The position numbers and the translations under genes are program-made. From positions 126,566 through 190,565 of the forward strand of contig JAUWZX010000001.1 of assembly GCA_030615175.1 (NCBI GenBank): a stretch of DNA of 64,000 nucleotides, in the 5' to 3' direction. The stretch comes from Candidatus Parvarchaeota archaeon. GTDB taxonomy: Archaea > Nanobdellota > Nanobdellia > WJKC01. The notes under the pieces were generated by a model that searched no databases, was not told where the DNA came from, and saw only the letters and a list, made by a program, of their open reading frames with translations. Every line of letters starts with the position of its first letter. The first letter of the stretch is position 1. Below, one piece after another: positions 56,354 through 64,000 of this stretch.

Positions 56354-57268
56354 ATGATTTCAGTTGTTCTGCCTGTGTATAATGAAGAGAAGAATGTTAG
56401 AATATTTGTTAAGGATATATTAAGGGTTTTTTCAAAGAATAAAATTAAGGGTGAAATAATAATTGTTGATGACGGCTCTACTGATAATTCATTAAAGGTG
56501 ATTAAAAAATTGGCTGATCATAAACTTGTGAGGTTTTACCAAAACAAGGTTAATATGGGCAAGTCATTCGCGTTAAAGAAGGGTTTCATCCATGCAAAAG
56601 GGGACATAGTCTTTATGATTGATGTGGACTTGCAGCACAGTGCTGAGGATATACCTAAATTCATTAAGAAAATAAGGGAGGGTTATGATGTTGTTAATGG
56701 GTGGAGAAGATATAGGAAGGATGGAAATTCTAAAAGAGTTCCTTCAAGAATATATAATTCTTTAACAAAGAGATTATTTAATTTGAATGTTCATGATTTT
56801 AATTGCGGTTTCAAAGCGTTCAAGCGTGAAGTTATTGAGCAATTATCAATGATGTCTGGTGAGCATAGATTTATTATCCCTCTTGCCAGGAAAGTAGGTT
56901 TTAATGTTGGCGAGCTTGAAGTTAAACACTTTCCAAGAAAGTATGGAAGATCAAAATATAATTATAAAAGGATTTTTGGGGGCATGCTTGATTTAATAAC
57001 TTTAAGAGTGAGGTTTATATTGGGTAATAAGCCTATGAAGATTTTTGCAGGAGTTGGTGGTTTACTATTATTTTTGGGCTTTTTATTGGGGTTTCACATA
57101 TTTTATATTAAATATTTACTGGGTCAGGACTTGGGAGCTGGGAGACCAATAGTTATTCTTGATGTATTATTATTGATATCTGGCGTACAATTATTCTTTT
57201 TTGGTTTCGTATTTGACAGCATTAATGAATTAAAACAGAGTATTAATGATAGGGTGTTTAAGAAGTGA
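56354..57268 (+). CDS. GT2 ArnC-like polyprenol-phosphate glycosyltransferase
   Basis: VLPVYNEE, DDGSTD, IDVDLQH, GYDVVNGWR, DFNCGFKAF, HRFI, H.PRKYG.SKY, two C-terminal TMs. Confidence 0.9.
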   Translation: MISVVLPVYNEEKNVRIFVKDILRVFSKNKIKGEIIIVDDGSTDNSLKVIKKLADHKLVRFYQNKVNMGKSFALKKGFIHAKGDIVFMIDVDLQHSAEDIPKFIKKIREGYDVVNGWRRYRKDGNSKRVPSRIYNSLTKRLFNLNVHDFNCGFKAFKREVIEQLSMMSGEHRFIIPLARKVGFNVGELEVKHFPRKYGRSKYNYKRIFGGMLDLITLRVRFILGNKPMKIFAGVGGLLLFLGFLLGFHIFYIKYLLGQDLGAGRPIVILDVLLLISGVQLFFFGFVFDSINELKQSINDRVFKK

Positions 57269-58716
57269 GAGTTCTTACTTTAGTCCCTCCAAGTAGTCAG
57301 ACCAAAAATGTAGTCAGGGATTTAGTTTACGGGTGCTGGTGCAAGGGCAAGAGAATAGCCAAAACAAAGTTTCCTCCAATTTACTTGTTGTTGATTTCAA
57401 CAATATTAAAAAATGAAGGTCACAAAGTCACTTTGATTGATGCGGCTTCAGAGGGAATAAGTATTGAAGAGCTTAAGAAGATTGTTTTGAAAAAAAGAAT
57501 TGAGGCTGTTATAATGTTAACTGCAACAATGACTTTTAATGAGGACGTAAGTATTCTTTCAGAACTTAAAAAAAGCAATCCAGCGATGTTTACAATACTT
57601 TATGGTCAACATGTTACTTCATTTCCTAAACAAAGTCTTAAAAATGAGGCTGTTGATTTTATAGTTAAAAAAGAACCTGATTATATTATTAGAAATTTGA
57701 TTAATTCTCTTGATAATAATAGGTCTTTTAAGAATATTAAAGGTATTGGATTTAAACAAAATAGGAAAATTATAGTCAATAGAGATGCACCTTTTATTAA
57801 AAATCTTGACGAACTCCCTTTTCCTGACAGAACAATATGTCCTGATGTTGAATATTTTAATCCATTAGCAAAAAGAGATCCTTATACAACCGTAATTACT
57901 TCAAGAGGTTGTTCAGGTAAGTGCACTTTCTGCACTTCTCCATATTTTTACGGCGGTGTTTACAGGTTTAGAAGCGCTGAGAATGTTGTTGAAGAACTTA
58001 AATTAATTGCTTCACAAGGGTATAAGGAGGTTTTGTTCAGGGACGAAACTTTCACAGTTCATAGAAAAAGGACTAAGAAGATTTGTAATTTAATAATAAA
58101 AAATAAACTTGATTTAACTTGGGTGTGTAATGCGCGGGTGGGAACAATTGACAAGGAAACAATGAAGTTAATGAAGAAGGCGGGTTGTCATAAATTAAAA
58201 TTTGGTGTTGAGTCAGGAAGCCAGAAGATACTTGATAATATTCAGAAAGGAATTAGATTAGAATGGATTATGAAAAACTTTATGGATGCTTATAAAGTTG
58301 GTTTGGACACGCATGCTCATTTAATACTTGGTGCTCCTGGAGAGACTAAAGAAACAATTAATCAAACTATTGATTTTATTAAGAAATTAAAGGCAGATAC
58401 AGTTACTGTTGGAATATTAACTCCTTACCCTGGTTCAAAATTATTTGATGAAATAGCGCGTATGGACAAGAGCATTCTAAAGAACTGCACTAGTCATGAT
58501 TTAAGCAAGTTGCATACTAAAAGTTTTTACAATGAATTGATATGTGATTTGAGTAAGGAATTCCTTGAGAAGTCAGTAAAAAGGGTTTACAAGAGTTTTT
58601 ATTTAAGATTATGGTATATCTTATGGAAGCTTAAGAAAATAAATTCATTTGAAGAATTTAAAACAGTTTTACGTGCTGGCATTACAACGATATTGTTTAG
58701 TGTGAGTGGTGATTAA
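57265..58716 (+). CDS. B12-binding radical SAM protein
   Basis: YGCWC N-terminal motif, GQHVT, TSRGCSGKCTFC, RDETFT, FGVESG, ILGAPGET, PYPGS. Confidence 0.9.
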   Translation: MRVLTLVPPSSQTKNVVRDLVYGCWCKGKRIAKTKFPPIYLLLISTILKNEGHKVTLIDAASEGISIEELKKIVLKKRIEAVIMLTATMTFNEDVSILSELKKSNPAMFTILYGQHVTSFPKQSLKNEAVDFIVKKEPDYIIRNLINSLDNNRSFKNIKGIGFKQNRKIIVNRDAPFIKNLDELPFPDRTICPDVEYFNPLAKRDPYTTVITSRGCSGKCTFCTSPYFYGGVYRFRSAENVVEELKLIASQGYKEVLFRDETFTVHRKRTKKICNLIIKNKLDLTWVCNARVGTIDKETMKLMKKAGCHKLKFGVESGSQKILDNIQKGIRLEWIMKNFMDAYKVGLDTHAHLILGAPGETKETINQTIDFIKKLKADTVTVGILTPYPGSKLFDEIARMDKSILKNCTSHDLSKLHTKSFYNELICDLSKEFLEKSVKRVYKSFYLRLWYILWKLKKINSFEEFKTVLRAGITTILFSVSGD

Positions 58717-59368
58717 TATTAAATCCTTAAATAAGTTATACTATAAAGAAAGGTATTTTAAACAAAGTAATTGTGTTAAAGAATATGTCAAAAAAAGAAG
58801 GAAATTTCTTAATAAGGGAAACATCGTTCTTGATTTTTGTTGCGGTCAAGGGTTATTCTTATCGGAGCTTAAAAAGAAGTCAAATTTTGTTGTAGGTATT
58901 GACATTTCTATTGACCAGATTAAGCGTATTAAAAAAGAAAGAAATCTTTTCCTTATTGTTGCTGATGGGGAGCAATTACCTTTTAAAAAAGAATCTTTTG
59001 ATTTTATTCTCTGTAATGCAGCATTGCATCACTTCGAAAACGTTAATTTAGGTATTTCAGAGGTATCAAGAGTTTGTAATCCAAAAGGAAGAATCACGTT
59101 AATTGAGCCTAATCGCGTAAATATATTAATATTCTTATTAGGGTTGAAAAAAAGAGTCGAAAGGAATAGTTTAAAACTTAATAAAAAAAAGATTGTTTCA
59201 CAACTTAATGATTTTAAAGTGAGTTCTTCAAGGATTTGGAGTCTTGTTTACCCTTCTATGAATTTTAATTCAGGGTTCATTAAATTATTATTAACTGCTG
59301 AATTAATTTTTGAGAAATTATTTAATTATTTTGGAACACACTTAGTTGTTAAAGGTGTTAAAAAATGA
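58706..59368 (+). CDS. Class I SAM-dependent methyltransferase
   Basis: VLDFCCGQG, GIDIS, LPFKKESFD, ALHH, IEPN. Confidence 0.88.
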   Translation: MVINIKSLNKLYYKERYFKQSNCVKEYVKKRRKFLNKGNIVLDFCCGQGLFLSELKKKSNFVVGIDISIDQIKRIKKERNLFLIVADGEQLPFKKESFDFILCNAALHHFENVNLGISEVSRVCNPKGRITLIEPNRVNILIFLLGLKKRVERNSLKLNKKKIVSQLNDFKVSSSRIWSLVYPSMNFNSGFIKLLLTAELIFEKLFNYFGTHLVVKGVKK

Positions 59369-60774
59369 AGGTTTTGCTTGTTAATCCTCCTTGGAGCGAA
59401 GTTTATGGCAGGTATAAGCCTGCGGCCAGAGTAGGGGTTATGAATCCCCCTTTAGGGTTGTGTTACTTATCAAGTGTTGCTAAGGACGCTGGCTTTAATG
59501 TTGACATCCTTGATGCTGAGGTAGAAGTAATGAATGAAGAACAAGTAGCAAATTACGCAATTAAGAAAAAATATGATGCTGTTGGCATTACTGCCACAAC
59601 CCCTCTTTTTCATAAGGCAAACAAGATTGCAGAATTAATTAAAAAGAAGAATAAGAGTATTGTAACAATAATTGGTGGACCTCACGTAACCTTAATGCCT
59701 CACCTGATTAAGAATTCATATTTTGATTATGGTATTGTTGGTGAAGGAGAAATAACTTTTCCAGAATTATTGAAATCAATTAAAAAAAGGGTGAAGAACC
59801 CAAGAACCAGGGGTATTGTTTATAGGGAAAATAAAAAAATTATCAAGACAAAACCACGTGAATTGATTAAAAACCTTGACAGCCTTCCTTTCCCTGACAG
59901 GGAGTCCTTGAATTTGGATAAGTATAAATGGAGTGTTCCTAAAAAAGGAATTATGAGATTTACAACAATTTTAGGCAGTAGGGGTTGCCCTTTTAAGTGT
60001 ATTTTTTGCTCAACTAATGCAATTTTTGGTAGGAAATTCAGGCTTAGGTCTGCGGAAAATATATTTGATGAGCTAAAGCAGTTGGTTGATGAATTTAATA
60101 TTAGGCATTTTCTCATGATTGATGATACACTAACTGTTTCAAGAAAGCGCATGATGGAATTAAGCAGGTTAATAGTAAGGAATAAGTTAGATATTACTTG
60201 GGAGGGATGGACCAGGGCAAATTTAGTGGATAAAGTTTTATTAAGGACTATGAAAAGGGCAGGCTTTAACAGTATATCATTTGGTATTGAATCAGGAGAC
60301 CCTAAAATATTGAAAGTTATTAAGAAAGGGGTTGATTTAAAATCTGTTGATAAGGCTTATAAGATTGCTAAGAGTTTAGGCATTGAAACTCGCTGTTCAG
60401 TAATGATTGGTCATCCTTTTGAGACAAGAGAGTCTGCTATGCGCACTTTGAATTTTATTAAGAATTTAAAATATTGTGACCAAGCTAGAATTAATATTTC
60501 AACTCCTTATCCTGGAACCAAGTTATATGACATGGCTTTAAAAGGAGAGGGAGGCATTAAACTTTATACTAAGGAGTTTTCAAAGTACAGGCGTTATGGT
60601 AATGCTGTTATTAGTGTTAATGATTTATCGAGGGAGGACTTAATTAAAATGCAGAAAAAGGGTATTAGGATGTTTTATCTTTCATCTCCAAGGAGAATAT
60701 GGTATAATCTTAGGAGGGCTGGCTTAAAGGCAGCTATTAATAATTCGATTGCTTTTGCTAAGAGTTTTTTTTAA
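59365..60774 (+). CDS. B12-binding radical SAM protein
   Basis: PPLGLCYLSS, GGPHVT, GEGE, SRGCPFKCIFC, FGIESG, MIGHPFET, PYPGT. Confidence 0.92.
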   Translation: MKVLLVNPPWSEVYGRYKPAARVGVMNPPLGLCYLSSVAKDAGFNVDILDAEVEVMNEEQVANYAIKKKYDAVGITATTPLFHKANKIAELIKKKNKSIVTIIGGPHVTLMPHLIKNSYFDYGIVGEGEITFPELLKSIKKRVKNPRTRGIVYRENKKIIKTKPRELIKNLDSLPFPDRESLNLDKYKWSVPKKGIMRFTTILGSRGCPFKCIFCSTNAIFGRKFRLRSAENIFDELKQLVDEFNIRHFLMIDDTLTVSRKRMMELSRLIVRNKLDITWEGWTRANLVDKVLLRTMKRAGFNSISFGIESGDPKILKVIKKGVDLKSVDKAYKIAKSLGIETRCSVMIGHPFETRESAMRTLNFIKNLKYCDQARINISTPYPGTKLYDMALKGEGGIKLYTKEFSKYRRYGNAVISVNDLSREDLIKMQKKGIRMFYLSSPRRIWYNLRRAGLKAAINNSIAFAKSFF

Positions 60775-61124
60775 ATCGTTGTACTATAAATTCCTATTAC
60801 TGAAATGTTCTTTGATGTGTAAATGGTTTTTTCAGGCACGGCATTTGTATGCAATTCAAAAAATAATGAATTATTTTCATACTGTGAACGGGTTACCGGT
60901 ACTCCAGGAAGTGATTTATTAGGACTATCTAATGAAAATATATATATTATATTATTAAATTCTTTTAATTTACTAGTTTCAAAACTTGATAAATTACTGA
61001 TTGAACTAAATCTTGTGTAATTATAGTCCTCCAGATAGTAAAGGAAGGTTGATTTAAGCTCTCTAAAAGTAATACTAAGTCCTCTTTCTTTCAATGTTTT
61101 AACATAATCACTTAACTCACTCAT
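60771..61124 (-). CDS. Hypothetical protein (117 aa)
   Basis: ORF overlapping the stop of the upstream membrane protein; no motif recognised. Confidence 0.5.
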   Translation of the reverse strand: MSELSDYVKTLKERGLSITFRELKSTFLYYLEDYNYTRFSSISNLSSFETSKLKEFNNIIYIFSLDSPNKSLPGVPVTRSQYENNSLFFELHTNAVPEKTIYTSKNISVIGIYSTTI

Positions 61125-64000
61125 TTTTAATCAACTTGTATATCATTATTCCAATTAAAATATAAATTATTATGTTTCCAAATAAGTTTGAAATTAATAA
61201 AGAAGCATCACCAATTGTGGTGTGGGGCACAATTGAATAAATTGTTAAGAATAGTCCGCCAAGAAATAAAAATAATATTGATAATAATATTAAAATCCCA
61301 ATCCAACCAAATTCTTTCTTAACATTTTTAATAATCGCTTTAGATTTTTTAATACAAAATGCATAATTTTGATGCTCTTTAAAATCAATTGATTTGATGT
61401 AAATAATAAATAATAACAAAATAATTACTAGTGAAATAGTGAGGGTTATAAAAGAAATAAGCAACCCAATTGAGTATGTATCTGCCTTAGTAAAAACTAA
61501 TTGAAAATTGTTAGAGTCATTCAAGAGATAAGCCTGTGCAAAGCTGTTAGCAATTAATGGGCTTGAATCATTAAGCATCCATGAAGGATGATATGTTTCT
61601 GAGAAAACCAAGTAGCCAGGGTTGCTAAATTCATAAGTAATATTCACATGGGAGGAATCAATTCTTTCGTAAAAGACAGAGTTATTTAACAGCTCTTTAA
61701 AATCTGAAACAGCGACTAATAAATCATTAATTCCTGATTCATTAAACTCGAAAATGAAATCATTAATGCCATTATGCAGAAAGGAAGAGTTTATGTTAAC
61801 CCATTCAGAATCGCGCCTTAGAAAAATAGAGTAATCCCCTTGTTTAGGGATAAATAGTGACTGGTTAATGAATGAACTGTTAAGAAAGCATCCATTGCTT
61901 GAATTAAAATTCATTTCAGGATTAAAGAATTTAACTGACTTAATCCTGAATTCATAATAACCAGGCTCCGCGTTCTTTCCTATTTTTTTATGCACACGAA
62001 TGCCTAACTTTGTTAAATTAAGAGCTGAAGCATTGTTGTCTATTACTGCTTGTTTTAGATTATAAATATAACTATTATAGTCACTGGATGTATACACACT
62101 CCATCCTACATCAATTATTTTTTCATCATCAGTAGTAAAGGCGACTTCAATGGTTTGGATTTCAGGATTGTTAACAGCACTTATAACTTCAAGGTAAGGG
62201 TAATCAAGTAGGCTGACATTAATTGACTTGAAAACAACTGCAAATTCGTCGACAGATGCATTGTTAAAGAAATAAGTAGAGAAGTTGCCTTCAATATATT
62301 CCTTATTGAATGTGCCTTTTAAATCACACTTATCACCACAACCATGTAAATTGACGCCAACACCTTCAAAACTAAAAACTTTTTCAGGTATGTCGCAGGA
62401 TATTTCTCCAAGTTCTGAGTAAGAAATAATTGACTTACTTGATGAGTAATTAATGAATTCAGAGTAAGCATTATTAAAGACATTAACAGGCACTAAGGCA
62501 ATTCTTGAAATGATGTTCTCACCGCTAAGAGGAGTGATTGTTAGATTAGAGTCAGAACTTATAAGGATTTTATCCCAAGTGAATCTTTCCGAAGGATTAA
62601 TAATGTGTTCAGTTCCATTAAAGTTAATAATGATGCCATCTGTGGATAAGTATTTAATTAGCAAATAAGAATCTTTAGTAGTTGAGATGGGGAATGAGAT
62701 AGATTTGTTAGACAATGTAAATATGGAGTCCTCAAGTCCTTGCGAGTAGTAAGTGTTATACCACCACCAGCCAAAGTCATAACCATACAATGGAGTCCAG
62801 GACTTTCGCGCATCACCAGACGTGACGAATGAAGCAGGGTCAAACTTATACTCGTCATGAATTAATGAAATAACAAAGTCTAAATATTCTTCATTAACAA
62901 GCAAGTAATCAACATTAAAATTAGGCTCTTGAGCAGCAAAAAAGAAGGCAGGCTTGGAATAATTAAGCAAGTCATTAATATAAGAAAAAGAAACAAGTGA
63001 TGATAATCCTCCAGAAGCAAGAAATGATGAATCAACAGCATAAACGCGTGGCAGGAAAGCAAGGTTGTCATAATAGTTAATGAATGTGCACTTAGTTAAG
63101 TTTAGATCTGCCTGATTACTTAATACTAAATTAATCCAATCATTATTAAATGATAATGACTGAGGGAAGTCTCCCATATAAGAATGATTAGGGAAATCAG
63201 AGTAAAAGTCAAAGCGCTCGTAAATATTGCGGACACCGGCGAGTCCCAAAATAAAGCCGAGGTGGTTAGTTATTGGCTCGTGCAGTAAGTTAATGACAAA
63301 AGCAGTGAATTTATGACGGGGTTCTGATGAATAAATTATTTGGTCAAATGTGTCTTTGGGGCTGAAAGCAACGATTGGGTCAATACCAACATAAGTGTAA
63401 TTCTTGTATTTAATTGGTTGAGTTAAAGGGGTATATAAGACTCTGTAATCACTAAGGTCCTTATCAAGTGACTCGGCTAAATGAATCAATGTCCTGTCAA
63501 AGTCAACGACTTGAACCCTGCCAGCAAAGTCTCCAGTGAAGAAAGGGAAACTAATAATTAATATTAAGCCAAGAGTTAATGGAGCAATGAATAATTTATA
63601 CCTTCTGAAGTAATTAATAACATGAGAGTAAGATAAAAGGAATGTCAGGCAGAAACCGAAAGCAGTTAGGAACATTAAATGATAAACTTCACGAAATAAG
63701 AAATTAAAAGGCATATTCTCATAAATGAATCCAAAAGGAGGGCTAATCCCTGTAGAAATAATAAGTCCTAGAATCCAGATAGTTAAAGCAAAATAATATA
63801 CTCTATCTTTTTTGAAGATTAAGCGTGCAAGAGCTGTTAGAATAATTATTAAGAATGAGAACCCCCAGACATAGAGATTGCTTGTTTCAAGCAGTGAGAA
63901 CATGAAGTGGCGGTACCCAATAAGGAATAATGATTCAGTAAGTGATGGGCTTAATTCAGAAATCCATTCAGTGCTTGTTCCGCCAGCATGACTAACAACG
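61117..64000 (-). CDS. Large GT-C membrane protein (YfhO/AftD-like), 5' end outside the window
   Basis: Frame stays open upstream of 63903 to the window edge (VVSHAGGTSTEWISELSPSLTESLFLIGYRHFM); YRVLYTP, LPRVY and GYLVFSETYHPSW match 50844-53861. Confidence 0.7.
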   Translation of the reverse strand, partial: VVSHAGGTSTEWISELSPSLTESLFLIGYRHFMFSLLETSNLYVWGFSFLIIILTALARLIFKKDRVYYFALTIWILGLIISTGISPPFGFIYENMPFNFLFREVYHLMFLTAFGFCLTFLLSYSHVINYFRRYKLFIAPLTLGLILIISFPFFTGDFAGRVQVVDFDRTLIHLAESLDKDLSDYRVLYTPLTQPIKYKNYTYVGIDPIVAFSPKDTFDQIIYSSEPRHKFTAFVINLLHEPITNHLGFILGLAGVRNIYERFDFYSDFPNHSYMGDFPQSLSFNNDWINLVLSNQADLNLTKCTFINYYDNLAFLPRVYAVDSSFLASGGLSSLVSFSYINDLLNYSKPAFFFAAQEPNFNVDYLLVNEEYLDFVISLIHDEYKFDPASFVTSGDARKSWTPLYGYDFGWWWYNTYYSQGLEDSIFTLSNKSISFPISTTKDSYLLIKYLSTDGIIINFNGTEHIINPSERFTWDKILISSDSNLTITPLSGENIISRIALVPVNVFNNAYSEFINYSSSKSIISYSELGEISCDIPEKVFSFEGVGVNLHGCGDKCDLKGTFNKEYIEGNFSTYFFNNASVDEFAVVFKSINVSLLDYPYLEVISAVNNPEIQTIEVAFTTDDEKIIDVGWSVYTSSDYNSYIYNLKQAVIDNNASALNLTKLGIRVHKKIGKNAEPGYYEFRIKSVKFFNPEMNFNSSNGCFLNSSFINQSLFIPKQGDYSIFLRRDSEWVNINSSFLHNGINDFIFEFNESGINDLLVAVSDFKELLNNSVFYERIDSSHVNITYEFSNPGYLVFSETYHPSWMLNDSSPLIANSFAQAYLLNDSNNFQLVFTKADTYSIGLLISFITLTISLVIILLLFIIYIKSIDFKEHQNYAFCIKKSKAIIKNVKKEFGWIGILILLSILFLFLGGLFLTIYSIVPHTTIGDASLLISNLFGNIIIYILIGIMIYKLIKNE

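Noticed and set aside
1..64000. rRNA, tRNA, transposase, integrase or provirus
   Set aside because: Intergenic gaps are short and AT-rich with no recognisable RNA gene, and no ORF shows transposase, recombinase or capsid motifs

Overview
Gene-dense, low-GC archaeal chromosome segment, most likely from a DPANN-type archaeon (inferred from archaeal PolB, class I CCA enzyme, Dph5, type II MAP, PINA ATPase, Trm5/Taw2, a short histone, very short intergenic regions and apparently leaderless promoters). About 1-27 kb is housekeeping: PINA, ino1 with a divergent PadR regulator, serS, three glycosyltransferases, a dTTP operon, thpR, topA, map, polB, rqcH, yjbQ, a histone missed by the ORF track, cca, HIT, prepilin peptidase, dph5, a PLP decarboxylase and tRNA G37 modification enzymes. 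About 26.6-64 kb is a large surface-glycosylation locus with nucleotide-sugar enzymes, flippases, GT2/GT4/GT-C transferases, methyltransferases, four B12-binding radical SAM enzymes and one twitch-type radical SAM. Highlights: (1) a 48-bp GC-rich double-hairpin element inserted in frame into two unrelated genes at the same AAGCA target; (2) a thymidylate synthase fused to an MtrA-like corrinoid-binding domain and DUF4346 inside a dut-thyA-tmk-dcd operon; (3) an RHH regulator fused to a degenerate nucleotidyltransferase beside a helically phased operator array; (4) a UDP-glucose dehydrogenase with an apparently duplicated dimerisation helix. No rRNA, tRNA, CRISPR array or transposase was recognised. 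All family assignments come from motif recognition by eye, not database searches.
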